Positions 13,165 through 26,595 of a stretch of 64,000 nt of DNA are shown one piece after another. The translations under genes and the position numbers were made by a program. Source of the DNA: Podarcis melisellensis (Eukaryota); NCBI GenBank assembly GCA_964234715.1, contig OZ174276.1. One strand, 5' to 3'. The notes below the pieces were generated by a model, which saw only the letters and a program-made list of their open reading frames with translations, did not search any database and was not told the DNA's origin. The first letter of the stretch is position 1. The number at the start of each line of letters is the position of its first letter.

Positions 13165-15904
13165 TTCCCTCTTTATGAGTTCTAAAACGATTTCAGAATT
13201 GATAAGGGGGAGGGGGGCTATGCTACTTATAAGCATGCAGCGCAACAGCAGCTCTGTGTCAGGAAATGGTTTTGGCCATCCTCGGGCATGGATGAGTTAG
13301 CTGGAAATGTCATCAGAGTTAATGGGGAAAGATCATGGCCTCTCGGATGCTGATAAAGAAGAGAAAGGACATACTGTTCACTAAACTGCAGTGTCCCATC
13401 CAGTGGGAGAAGAGGAGGAATAGGGCTTTGGCGAATAGCAAAGTTCTGAGAGGTTCCTTGGCAAAATTTCACAGATGACATTTATGTCACTTCGTTATGG
13501 TCCAATCGTTTCCACTTATCCATCAGACATGATTATTCCTCCCACTGCCCTAGCATTCCAAAACAACACAACGCCTGAGTGGCCAGCTATATTCACATAT
13601 AGTCAGCTATATTCTGACTTAAGCCAGCTGCAAATTTCATGCAGACCCCTCTACTTCCCTTGAGAAACCTGGTCCTTTCCATTGGTCATGCTAGAGTTAC
13701 CAATGTATATTTTACTCTTCCCCCTTAATATCTGTATATAAATATATCTTTGAATGTTCTCATCTTCTTGGATTCTTATATCCTTCCCTCACCACATAGA
13801 CTCACCTTTTTTCACTCAACCCCGGGTTGATTTCAAGTATGGGCATCCTCTGAACATTGTCCTGTGTGGCCATACCATCTCCCACAGGGCCCCTCCATCT
13901 CCAGTTCAAATGGTGGCTCAAGCTCCACAGGGCTTTCCCCTATGTGAAGGGCTGGGGTTACAAAACGTCACAGCAGGGGGATAATGAGGAGTGGTATCAT
14001 TGTCCTGCTGACCCTGGGCCTACTACTGGCACAACAGCTGCACCAATCTCCCCTAAGAGTCGGTTCCAATGCTGGCCAAAGTTCTTTCTTCCTGCAAATC
14101 CCCCAACCCCTTGATATGGCCTGGCTGCCTCTGATCTTGTCCAAGCATTAGTATCCATTTACATGACAAGCCCCAAACTTCTTAATTAATCTGAAAGCAG
14201 CTGCAGCACTGGCCTGAGACAGGCAGGAATTGTGCCCTTGTACCAGTGGGTTCCTGGCTGAGTGCTGGACCTGATTAGCAGCTTTGCTAATGAACTTAGG
14301 TTCATTTCTGTAAGCCTTCTTAATTTCTGTATAAGAGATTCAGTGCAGCGGTAGGGAAACTATGGAAGGGCATCTAACAGTTCATATGTTGTGCATGACT
14401 AATAATCTTGATCCTTTTCTCCCCTGCCTTTGATCATTATGAGGTTTCTTCTATCAATGAAAGGTCAGAGCAACAAGAAAGGGCCCCTTCTACAGAGACC
14501 TTGCTTTCCCCTTGTCGTTTCTTTTCATTCCCACTCTCCAAGAACAATTCACACAGATTCTAAGTTTGATCTCACACTTACTACCAAATAGGATCACCAT
14601 ACCACCCCCCCAAAAAATTATAGCATTTAATTAATTCATCCTTAAATATATAGCCGTTCCATGCTGACAGCAGCTTCAGGCATGACCTGAATGAAGTCAG
14701 GAGACCAGGAAGTGCAGGTGCTTCACCCTTTCCTTTTCCCACATCTCTTATCCAGTGTTACTCAATACAATAATTCTTGTGCATGGACGAGAATTAGGAG
14801 ATACAGTCCCCCTTTACTCTTTATTTCATGTTCTAATTACAAATTTCTGAATCCTCCTGAGTATTAGCACCTAAAGCATCTGAGTTAGGGGAGGGGAACT
14901 TCCTTTCCTCTAACTTCTAAGTTTGCCTGTAAGAATTGTGGGTGATGCCACCAGAGTGGTGTGACCTGGAAAGGCTGCATGTTTCCGCAAGGGAGAAGAT
15001 GGGGAAAAGAGCACAGAACAGGCTATTTAAACTATATTAGGTGTGAAGGGCAGTGTGAAGGTCAAACTAGATAAGATGCAGGAAATCTGTGATTGGCTCT
15101 CTTGAAGTTTCTTGGTGTTTGGGTGGTGGTGGTTTTTTTAAAGAAGCTGCGGGGGGGGGGGGGGGCTTGAATGGAATGCGGCAGTGGCACTGGGAGAGGG
15201 ATTAATCCCCCCCCCCACGGATTTCCCAGTCTAAATCACATTTCCCTTCAAAGCTCAGAAAAAATAAATATGGCTGCCTGTATACTATTTACCCTATCAG
15301 GCAAATAGTAGAAGTGGCTGCAGTATAGACAAGAAAAAGGCCCTGTTTGAATTCTCCCTCCTCTGAACACTGTGTTCAGAGGTTGTGTGTGAGAGAGGAA
15401 GATGGGGAGAGAAAACTCTAATCAGAGCTTTCTTATTGAGTTTAAGAATGAAAGGACTACAGAAGGAGGTGAGTTTCTCCTTTTCCTACCCATTTAAGAG
15501 TTCTGAGCAAATAAATGAATGAATGTTGAGGATCTAAGAGAGATAATGGTTCCAGTTTCATAGTCTGGCAATACTGTCTGTGCCATCCATGCCCAAAATA
15601 AAACTTTGCATTCTTTTCTCACATGGAGATGTACAAACCCCTGGTGCACAACTTTTTTTGGGGGGGTGGATAGAGGTGGGAAAAGAAGAAGGTTGAGGTA
15701 CTTGTCTTCACATCATTGTTCAAAGTGCCAGTGAGTAGCTTCCCTGTTTCTGTAAGTATCATTTAAGAAATGAACCATTCCAGGCATTTCATATATTTCC
15801 CCCCATCCCTCTCTTTCACAGAACCAGTGGGGTGAGTGGTTGGGAATCCTGCCTCAACAAAACTCTCAATTAATTTTCTTTCCCCTATCCTCTGTTGTCC
15901 ACAG

Positions 15905-16024
15905 ATGAAGAACTCTATGCTGGTGTCTACATTGACTTCATGGGCACTGATGCTGCCATCTTCCGCACCATGGGCAAGCAGACTGCCATGAGGACTGACC
16001 AATACAACTCCCGTTGGCTAAATG
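15905..16024 (+). CDS. SEMA3F: SEMA3F exon ~8, 120 nt
   Basis: gtccacag|ATGAAG...CTAAATG|gtgagt; EELYAGVYIDFMGTDAAIFRTMGKQTAMRTDQYNSRWLN. Confidence 0.96.
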
Positions 16025-17809
16025 GTGAGTGAAAGGGGGGCAGACTGCAGAGTTTGAAGTGCAGAGGACAAAAAGCAGGGCTGCATTCATGATCTTCGTG
16101 TCCAATGTCCATGCTACATGGTGGGAATTGTGACTTAGAGCACAGTTTCCCTCTCTTCTTTCCTCTCTCTGTTTCAGAATATTATTGTAAGAAAGAAAAT
16201 GTGAAGAAAAAGAGGCTTTAGTTAAGAAAATATTATACTAGCAGGAGCGTTAACCAACAACCCCCCTCCCCTTTGTCTTCAAGTTCCTTCTGTGAGCGCA
16301 CACTGTTCCATGGTGACTTCTCAAGTCTGGCTTCCTGAGGGCTTCATGCCAAGTCATACCAGCTGCCTACAATTGGTTTCTTTTATCTGTCCATATATAG
16401 CCAGCTCCGTGGGCTTTGTTGTGGATGATGGAGTCTTAATTTAGCTCTCTGGACCCCCTTTCTCATCCTGGTGCCCTTTGAGCCTCCTTTGCTGTTACAG
16501 TGTCCCCATGACACCTATCATACCCTTCTTCTGTACTCCCTTGTTTTTGATCCTTGATACTTGATTTTGCTGTCGCCTTGCCCTTGCACTGACACTTGTC
16601 CGTACTTTCTGTCTAGCTCCCAAAACACCAGGAATAGGGCTCTCCTGCCCTGTTCATGCCTTGCCAGCCTTAATAGATCTGAAATGCTCCATCTGTGTGG
16701 AACACAAAATACAGAATCTGCAAGTGTTCCTACTTCATTTGGGCTTTGTAGAGCACATCACTGAAGAAGTCATTGCCTTCTATAATTTTCTTTCCATAAA
16801 GAAAAAATATGTGCTAAGTTAAGATACACTTTTATATAACGTTTGTCCAATCATCTGGTCATTTCAGGAGTGTGTTGGTGTTTGACTAGTTTCTCTTTTT
16901 GCTTGATTCCTTGGCTCTGGTATATGTCCCCTTTTGTGCATTCAAAAGCATTCTGCTCCTGGAATTATTTCTCTACACACAGTTGGTGGTGAAGGGCAGG
17001 TTTGTATTCTTGTCATTTCTGATAACTGATCCAGGGCATTTAATCTCCTGCCCTCTCTCCTCCAGCATGCATCATGGAAAGGGATCCAATGAGAGAAGGT
17101 CTCAGCTTCCTTTTTGGTTGCACCTCCAGCTGTTGTGAAGCAGCAAAAACAGCTGAGTAAACTGGGGTTGGGAATCAAATTTAGGGAGATGTCATTTTAG
17201 TAACCTGAACAGAGCTATCTATGAAAGCAAATGCTGGATTATAAGGGTGACCATTTGCCTTCCATGGCAATTCTTTAGCAGTGATGGCTCTAGAGAAAAT
17301 ACCAACATATCCCCAAATTGCAGGGCTTCCAAGATATTCTTACAAAAGCTTTTAAGGCAGACAGATGTGCTTGCAACCACATAAATCTTACAGCTCCCCC
17401 CCCCAACCGCAAGCAAGGGAATTCTTGGTACTAATGATGAAAGTTACTGACATTAGACTTATGAACAGCCCAGGCCCAGAGTTTTTCAAAATATGGTACA
17501 CAGCTTCTCTTCGACGGATGCATAGAGTTGTGTTCCTGGCAACTTACAGGTCCAGTTACCTCAGCACACCAACGTAATGTGGGTGCAGAAATTTGGCGAT
17601 AGTATGTGTATAAGAAAGCACTAGTGTACGTGTGACAGAATGTAATATGGGTGTAACTTGACCGGTAATATGGGTGTGTCACTAGATGAAACTCACCCTG
17701 TTCTTACACAGGAGAGGCCTAGGCTTAACTATTCATAGTAGGGTTTATATTTAAGTAGAGCAGCAAGGCGTTGCACTTCTGTCAAGGCTGCCCACTGTCC
17801 ACTTACTCC

Positions 17810-18024
17810 TGGGGTTGCCGTATTTCAACAAATAAAAACCAGGACACCCTGAAAGTTGAGTTTTTTTCTTTCTTTTTATACAAAAATGCCAAGAAAACGT
17901 GATTTTTCAATTGACTTTCCTAAGATTCAGGACACCGCCGCCTTTCAGAGGTTCCCCCCTGGTGTCAGTTCAGCATTTGAAATCCTGGTAATGTCTGGGA
18001 AAATCTGGACGCATGGCAGCCCTA
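17810..18024. mobile_element. hAT-superfamily MITE
   Basis: TIRs TGGGGTTGCCG / TGGCAGCCCTA; 8-bp TSD cttactcc / ctcactcc (1 mismatch). Confidence 0.75.
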
Positions 18025-20110
18025 CTCACTCCCCACCTAGAGGATGAGGATAAGGCACTTCTGGAACAAAACTGTATGTTTCTTTACAGAGAAACTTTTA
18101 GCATTATTTTTCAGCCAAGTCTCAGGTAGACCTTTCCCACTTAAAATGGTTATCAGTGTGGTTACCTGCAACACCTACTCAGCCCCTTCTAGGATTTTAC
18201 TTCCCCTCAGGGAATCAAGACCAGTTTGTTCTGCCTAGCTAACCCTTCTCAGACAGTTAACCATCTGCACCTGCCCACACTGGCTTTTAATTTTTCTTTC
18301 ACCGAGAGTCAAATCTCTATTTCACTGCTAAAACTGTCAGCATCTAACTTAAACTCCACACTCTCTTTCCTGATTTTCTGATGGACTCACCAGCTCTCAC
18401 TGGTTGCAGGGTCACTAGGAGGCAGACCCAGGGTCTGTCCATCACAATATGAGCTGGTTGTCTGGGAAAGAAAAATGATGTGAAAGAAGCTGGGCAGGTG
18501 AGATTTCCACATGAGTGAGGGACATGTAGTGTGGGGCAGGCAGCACTTCTCTGGTACTTTTTCCCCAGTAGGAGAGAGGATGTCATCCATAAGACTGGGA
18601 TTTGCCAATGCTGCATGCTTGCGGGGCTGGAAGGCAAGACATGCAGTATTCGTTTATTTACCTGGCAAGAGCCTTTCCTGCACTGTTTTAAAATGGGCAT
18701 CTGTTTTTTACATTAAACGTATGTTAGAAAGCAGCATAATTGTCCCACAGCCTGTTACAAACAGTTCAAAATGAACCTCAGACCATATAAAAAGGCTGTG
18801 CATTACATTTTGCTTGGTGTTGTTAAAGTTTAATGTTTTACTATGTTTTTATATATGCTGGAAACCTCCCAGAGTGGCTGGGGCAACCCAGTCAGATGGG
18901 AGGGGTACTACTACTAGTACTGCTACTAAGCATTCCTCCACTGAGCTTGTGGTGGCAAATATGGGAGTTATCCCATTTCCTCCTCATAATGGCCCTGGGA
19001 AGAAATCAACAATGTGCTGTGTTGAGCTTCCATTACAGCAAGCATCTCTGCATGCCTGATGGAAGGATCCTCCTTTCCTTCCTCATGCACTGTTCTGAGG
19101 GTTATCCTGACTCCCCCAGGGCCAATTGCAGGGGAGGCAGGGGAGGGAAGCTCCACTATGCAAACAGAAGTCCTTGCACAGGGCTTCTGCTGATGGGAAG
19201 ATGAATCACACCCATTGTGTGGTAGGCTAGGCTGAGAAGAGTGACTTGCCCAAGGTCACCCAGTGAACTTCACGACTAATCAGGTATGTGAACGCAGGTC
19301 TTCACAACCAGCATCTATGGATCAACACAGCCACACTTTTGGACTCCAGAGTCTGTCATGATGAGCTCCTGCACTTGAAAATTTATCACTGTGCCATTGG
19401 GGGACACAGAAGAACTAGTCGCTTTGTGGGGAGGGTATCATTTCATAAAAGTTGAGAAGCACTACCTGCCTCTCAGTTTTGGGATGCCATAGTAAAGCAA
19501 TTTTCCCTGCCTGTGATTTCAATTGCTATTCACCCTTTTCAAGCTGAGCTGTGTAAGTAAAGAACTCTTAAACTACCTCATTTTGCATTACAAATGAGGT
19601 GATACAAGGAATAGAGCTCAGGACTCCAGCACTGTAGACTAAGAAGGCTTAGTTAATCAATCACATGGCCATGTTTCCTGCAGCAGCCTAGCAAACAGCT
19701 GCTTAACTCACTGAGCTTTATGTCAACTTCTTTTCTACACTGACATGAAGATTTGGTTCCCTAGTTTTGGCCTGTGATACAGGACAAGCCGCCATCACAT
19801 CCAGTAAAAGAATCTTAGTACCAAAGGCAGCAACGGATTCAGAATTCTTTTCTGAAGTTTGGATCATAACAAGCCTTAGAGTGTGAAGCATTGACTGAAG
19901 TTATTCAGAACAGCTTTTATTTGGGGCATTGAACAGAATTTCAAGAAAGTGTTAATCTATAGAAGTGGTCTTTTCCCTAGTGTTGTAGAACATTTACTGG
20001 TTTAAAACATGGACCCTACCTGATTGACACCAGTTAATTAATTTGGAAAGATTGGATAGAGAGGAGAGCCAAAGAGCTGATTTAGTACAAATCTGTATAA
20101 CCACTAGGCC

Positions 20111-20158
<48 letters not shown>

Positions 20159-20373
20159 TTATTTATACCCCACCCATCTGGCTGGGCCTCCCCAGCCACT
20201 CTGGGCGGCTTCCATAAAAAACAAAAATACAGTAAAATATCACACGTTAAAAACTTCCCTGAACAGGGCTGCCTTAAGATGTCTTCTGAATGTCAGGTAG
20301 TTGTTTATCGCTTTGACATCTGCTGGAAGGGCGTTCCACAGGGTGGGCGCCACTACCGAGAAGGCCCTCTGCC
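20111..20373 (-). mobile_element. L2-clade LINE 3' end with (TTA)n tail, 5'-truncated
   Basis: Minus-strand peptide RAFSVVAPTLWNALPADVKAINNYLTFRRHLKAALF resembles an L2 ORF2 C-terminus; (AAT)~16 tail at 20111-20157; short sibling at 63587-63632. Confidence 0.8.
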
Positions 20374-20909
20374 AGTGTGCTTCTTGCTGACTCGTTCCAC
20401 AGGTCTTCTGATCAGAACAGGTCATTTGACTCATTTGTCATGATTCAAGGTGGCAGTGTCTGCATGCCACAATAAACCACATCAGTAGCTGCTGGCCTGC
20501 CAGGAGGAGCCATCATAGACTGAAGAAACAAGCAGCTTTTGTTCTTACAGTTATTCTTATAACTATGTAGTTTAATGTTTTTGTAAGCCACCTTGAGACT
20601 TGCTTTTCAGCTGTAAGGTGGGACTTAAGTTTTAAAATAAATAAAATGGAATAATATATGGACAAGTTGAGCAAATGTTGACAGAGATGAAATGCCTAGA
20701 AGCTGTTTGATTGCGTCTTAAGTGCATTCCGTAAATCTTCATTTTCAACCTTGGCTAACACTGTTTTGTGTGACCACAAAAGGATTCCATAACTGATCAG
20801 GAAAGGTACAGCAAAATGTGAGCCATTAACTGAACAATCAGGACTTGTTTGAGAGCGGTAGATGTATGAATCTGTTGCAGGAAAAACAACTTGCCTATGG
20901 CATCTTAAC

Positions 20910-21005
20910 TTGCAGTGTAAGCCTAAGCATGTCTACTCAGAAATAAGTCCCATTGAGTTCATTGGGACATACTTCCAGGTAGGTGTGTATAGGTTTGCAG
21001 CCTTA
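20910..21005. mobile_element. Palindromic non-autonomous DNA element (common sauropsid MITE-like)
   Basis: Imperfect inverted repeat centred on agtcccattgagttcattgggacat; degraded relatives near 5865-5942 and 10910-10975. Confidence 0.55.
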
Positions 21006-21714
21006 GTTGTTGTTATACAGGTTTTCTGGGTCAGACCTTTTTTTGTCAGATGCATCAGTACGGAGACCCACAGTGAAGTAACAGTTGCATGGCACATACT
21101 ACACGTGTTCAGATTTTCACTCTTCCACTCAACCAATGTCATAGTCGTGAATTTTAATGTTCAGGAGCTCCTGACACCCCTTATAGCTCATCCACAAGGA
21201 GAATCCAAAAAGTCCTATACATAATTTTCGGGGGGAAGCTATGTTGAACTCTGAGGATTACTTCTAATGGTATAGTTTCAGTTTATTAAATGCATTGAGC
21301 TTTAGCAAAAGATCTTCAGCCAGCTGAAAGGCTATCTTTTGCTTTACCAGAAATGCAGACAATCTTACAGGAAAGCAGGGACTCCATCAAAGAAAAGAAA
21401 ATACGTGTATGCCCTCTGCTTGATTAGTTTCCTCATACTCTGACTTCCTTTATGGTGATACACAACAAACTTGAAAGCCTCACAAACATATTGCCTCGTT
21501 CACTTGCCAGAGCAAGCAAGGTCTGTCAGTTACCCTGGTGCTCTGGCAGATGACATTGTTGCTCCTGCCCTGAAAAACGTACCAGGGGGTGTTCCCCCTC
21601 CATTATACCACTGCACCCTACCCACATTTCAGCTCTCTTTTAGGATGAGGTTGGTCCCATCAAAAATTTACATGGCAACTTTTGAAAGCAAAATCTGTGT
21701 GGGTAAACAATAAT

Positions 21715-21853
21715 GGAAAGGAGCTTCCTGCACTCAAGTAGAAGCTGCGTCGGACATTCGGCTTCCAAAAAAACATTTGCAAACCGGAACACTTCCGGGT
21801 TTGTGACATTTGGGAGCTGTTCTAAGCTGTTCAAGAACCAAGGTACCACTGTA
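21715..21853. mobile_element. Mariner-type MITE fragment (one end)
   Basis: Ends in gaaccaaggtaccactg|ta (reverse of a CAGTGGTACCT TIR plus TA). Confidence 0.55.
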
Positions 21854-22711
21854 CTTGCAAATCTTGCTGTCGTTATGCTATTAAAACTTGCTCTATTCTT
21901 TGACCAACTGAGAATAGAAAACTCTGTTTTCTTTGAATCTCTCTTTCTCCAAGCTTTGTGGAAGAGTAGGTATCGGGTCAGTACCCACTATAATAGAAAA
22001 GCCTACAGAATTTTGGTTGTTAGGACAGATACCTACATTCTGTTCTCCCCACTTGAGCTGTTTGAAGGAGCCATAGTATGTCAGTGTAGAGCTCTATGAA
22101 GTAAATATGTGCTCCAAAGGGGTGGACCCAAGCCTGTGCATGGAACCAGTCCTCACCCTATATCACTTTTCAATGAATAATTTGCTCTTGAATGAAAACA
22201 AACATCTCTCAGACAAAGCTGTGCAGGGTGTGAGACAAATTGCTGCACTTTGCTAAGTAAACAACATGCTTCAGAGTAATGTGCTAGCAGCATCTGTCAG
22301 GTGATAGGGGCTTGAGCCAATTTCCTCACCTGGCAATATTCTTTTTTCACTGCAACAATAAGATAAGTTCAAATCTTTGCCATGCAGTACTGGAGGGGAG
22401 ACATGAGGAAGAAAACACTCACATCTAGAGATGAGGTGCTGCCTCCTCCAGTGGGGATGAATTATTGTGACTGCATGAGTGTACTGCATACATTAACCTG
22501 AGTACACATCTAAGGAACATTTTTAAGATTTGAGTTACTTAGCCCCCAAATTCAAGTATAAGCTGCTGTTAGGGTTCTTCTAACAGCGGCCAGGTGACCT
22601 CCTCCATGGGCTGGTGAGGAATCACATGTAGCACAAAAGCTCTGAGTCCTGGAGTCTGGAAAGAACATTCACCCTTTCAGACCATTTTACTGTTTAAACT
22701 ACTTTTTGCAG

Positions 22712-22851
22712 ACCCAGCGTTTGTCCATGCACAGCTCATTCCAGACAGCGCAGAGAGGAATGATGACAAGCTCTATTTCTTCTTCCGAGAGAAATCTACT
22801 GATTCCCCACAGAGTCCTGTTGTCTACTCCCGCATTGGTCGCATTTGCCTG
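22712..22851 (+). CDS. SEMA3F: SEMA3F exon ~9, 140 nt
   Basis: tttttgcag|ACCCAG...TGCCTG|gtaggt; (D)PAFVHAQLIPDSAERNDDKLYFFFREKSTDSPQSPVVYSRIGRICL. Confidence 0.96.
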
Positions 22852-22935
22852 GTAGGTCTTGAGGATGAATGAACATAGGTTTGGTTGAGAGTTTACTATA
22901 AATTCCATGTATTTGGCCCCTTCTCTATAATACCA

Positions 22936-23427
22936 TTAACAAGGAGTTCCTGGCACTGTCTGGGAATTTTTTGAAACCAATAAATACTGTGATTTTTAAA
23001 TAGTGTAATTTGTGAATTTGCCTCCTTCACCACCAAAACTGAGTAAAGTCATGTTTTGGCCCACCATCTTGAATCAAAATTGGCACCCAGCACTCCAAAA
23101 TCAACAACAACCTCAGTAACCTTTGTGCCAAGTGTGATGATGAAATCTCAAGAGGCAGCCAAACCTATGTAAAAAATGAGCACAGTCACCCTGAAGTCCC
23201 ATTTAAGTCCACCATCTTGGTTCAAAATGGCACATGGCACCCAAGCATCAAATTAGACCCCCACTTCTGCCTCAGAAATCCTTGTGTCAAGTTTGGCAAT
23301 AATATATTGAGAGGTGTCTGAATGTATAGAGAACAAATAAACAAAAGAACAAATAAACAAGGTGTCAATGTATAGAGAATGAATGAACAGATAGACAGAC
23401 AAACCACTTTCCAAAATATATAGTAGA
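22936..23427 (-). mobile_element. Probable decayed non-autonomous Helitron
   Basis: Minus strand starts A|TCTACTATATA followed by GTCT/GTTT microsatellite; internal ~150-bp direct repeat (ccaccatcttg at 23061 and 23209); CpG-decayed 3' hairpin cccagacagtgccagg near 22949-22964. Confidence 0.5.
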
Positions 23428-23758
23428 TAACCAACATCTCTTGTGAATGGCAGAAGCCATTGTTGCTCTGAGCTCCTCCAGTGCCATTGTTTCTGCTTCC
23501 TCCTTCCTATATTGTCCTCTTTGGTATAGCTTGTGAATAGCTGGGAGTCTGGAGTAATTGGGCACTCCTTTGTGGTCATTACTCTTTGCCCTATTTCTGT
23601 TGTGTCCCACTGTACGGAAGTGTACAGAATAAAAGTTGTGTGTCTGATAGCCCAATCCTAGCTGTGCACACTACAAACACTGATGTGGCTGCAGGCAAAA
23701 GCACTGTAGCTTTCATAACACTTTTTGTATCCCAGAACACTGCTTTCCTTTTATTTAG

Positions 23759-23932
<174 letters not shown>

Positions 23933-24286
23933 TAAATGCTATAAGTGACCTGACATCTTAATAGGGGCCTTGACTAGTGGAGGCATAGACATTTAATGAT
24001 CTCCACCTAATGGCCTGTGGGCTGGGTCTACTCTCCAGAGCTCCTATCAGCTCTCCCTAAATTTTAATCAAGGTACAGTCAGAAGTTTGCACACCATTTT
24101 CACTGAATCCCCCTGCCCCTGCAAATGTTAGGAATAGAAATACACTTCACAGCAACATTACACATTTCCTGTGGATTGTGTATGTTGCATGCCCATATTT
24201 CTATGTAGTGCTGTTCCTAAGCACATAATTGTGAAGCCCTGCCTGGTAAGTGATGGTAATGTTACTACAGAGCCCAAATACCCATA

Positions 24287-24374
24287 CTGGTGATCTGTGC
24301 ATCAGTCTACACTTCTGGTGGTCTGTGCAGCAGTCTGTACTTCTGGTGGTCTGTGCAGCAGTCTACACTTCTGG
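24287..24374. repeat. 28-bp minisatellite, ~3 copies
   Basis: Unit ctggtggtctgtgcagcagtctacactt at 24287, 24315, 24343. Confidence 0.9.
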
Positions 24375-26595
24375 CACCCAGGCTTCCCTGTGAAGAATAG
24401 AGTGGTCCTCAATGAATACAGAAGTTGGCCAATGTACTCGATGCTTTTTTTTTTTTTAATCAAGAATTACCAGGGCTTATACATGTCTGCAAGTTATCCA
24501 TTCTAAACTAATAGCCTACCCTCTAAACTCAGATGTGATTAAATCTGATGATACCTAAGTGGGACTAGCTCTGAAGAAACTTGACTCAAATGTAGCACTG
24601 AAAATTTCACCTACCTTACTGGGGTGCTGATGGCAAAAATCTATAACTAATAGTCTCCTGGGGCTTGACAGAACAAGGAATACAAGGTGCCCAGTACTTG
24701 ACCTCCGGATCACTGTATATAGGAAAATTGCAATGTTTGTGGAGAAGGCAGTTGGTTTTTATGGCTTGAAGAGATCTTCGTAATTATCTAGTATAGTTCT
24801 CTAAGGATCTGCCACAACCCTAACATTCCTAGCAGATTTCCCATTATAATAGAAAAATATTCAGCTAATTTTCAGTGTGCCACAATCAGATAAAATAATA
24901 CCCAAGGCTCTCAAAGCCATATGCTTCTTGATATGATGCACTTGTTCGGATAAGTAAAATATTGACATTTAGCCAAAGCTGTAGGAAAACTAACAGTGGC
25001 ATCTGAGCAGGTTGATGATATTGTAAAAGGCAGTTTAGAGGAAAGCCACATGTGCTTAAATGAAAGGGCTGAGATAGAAGAAGAAAGGAAGAGGTTAAGA
25101 AACAGCAATGCCCTTTTCATTAACGTTTTCTTTTAACGTTTTGGGTTTGTCGGGCAGTATGCTTCAGTAAAAAGGCCCTTCAAACAAATTTTGCTTTTCT
25201 TAAAGCAAACGTTTTAAACAAAAGCAGAAAATATATCCTTGCATATTAGGCAATGCTGTAAAAGCTCATTCCAAACAAGGTTTTCAGCTTAATTTTGAAA
25301 TTGGAGCTGAAGTCCATCACAAGTACTTTTGTGATGCTTCATTAACAAGCTTTCAGCAACTATCAAAAAATGGGGAGAGAGATCCCACTGTGAAAATGCT
25401 GTGTGGAAGCCCATTCACACATGGAGTCAGCTTGACTTGGTCTTGCTGTTTTCGGGGGTAGGAGAAAATGAAGGCATCCAACATTGGCATAGTTGAGGTT
25501 GGGGATCTCATTCTTGGCAAAGGCAGCAGACCCACCTCCTAGTAGGCTGTCGTCCAGCTTTCTCTCAACACAGGCCAGACAGATGGCTGCTGGTCACACT
25601 GCAAGCAACCCCAGTGAGGCTTTTATCACCTTCAGTGGCCTTTGATGGATTGTCTCCTACTAGAGAGCAAATTAGCACTGTCCCTTTCCCTACAATTGCT
25701 TTGCTTCCCAAAATCACTACCAGATGGTCTGTAGGATACCTTGATTTCCTGGCTTCTCTTGGAGAGGGAATGAACTCCGAGCCTCACCATAGCCATTGTT
25801 CTTGCCTGAGTGAGAGTGTTCTCTTCTGCCACAGCTGGGGCTGAATTAGAAGTGACAACTATGGGACACTCTTGTGTGGAATCGCAATGTGAATCTAAAT
25901 GAGAAAGAAACCTGAGCACATCTCTGCCTGATATGAAAGTCGTATAAATAGGCAATTCAATCCTAATGACATGACTTACCATTCTTTTTATTAGAAAGAA
26001 CAAAAGTTTGTATTAGCTACTATTAAGGACATTAGTTGGAACGCACGTCATAACAAATTAACTTGACCTGGCTTAACTATGGCCACCGTCTGGCTTGACT
26101 AATGTCTGGCATAGTCAACTGTGGTCCTATATCTGCTTGAACCTGACCCAAGGTCTGGGCTGGGCCAGCTTGCCTTTCCAAGTTTCCTGATTTATTTGCC
26201 TCACTTCACTCAAGGCGAAATTAGATGTTAGAAGTCTTTTCACCTTCTTCCCAGTAGCACGGGTGAAACATAAAGTGTATAGCATGGCATCTTCATAACG
26301 TGTGTATCTGCACCTGCCTCATCTCAATGACTTAAGCCAGAAAGAAAATGCCCAGCACAATGGCATCACTACACATGGTGTGTTCTATTAGACGTTACCA
26401 AAAAAATGGGAGGAAAGAGACACAGCAGCAGCAGCAGCAGCCATGTGTCTTTTGTCATGCCGAATTCTGTCCTCGGTGAATTGGTTCTGTTTTGACTATC
26501 TCAAGGCAACACTGTATTCAGTTCTTATTTTCAGACCCCTGCCCCCCTCCAAAAAAACACGCCATGAGTTGCTAACTCTCTCCTTTCTCTTCAAG

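Noticed and set aside
20043-20434. Poly-Ile ORF and an RT-associated peptide
   Set aside because: (AAT)n tail and truncated ORF2 end of an L2 retroposon; not a host gene.
24287-24374. CRISPR-like 28-bp repeats
   Set aside because: Units are contiguous with no unique spacers, and the DNA is vertebrate; it is an ordinary minisatellite.
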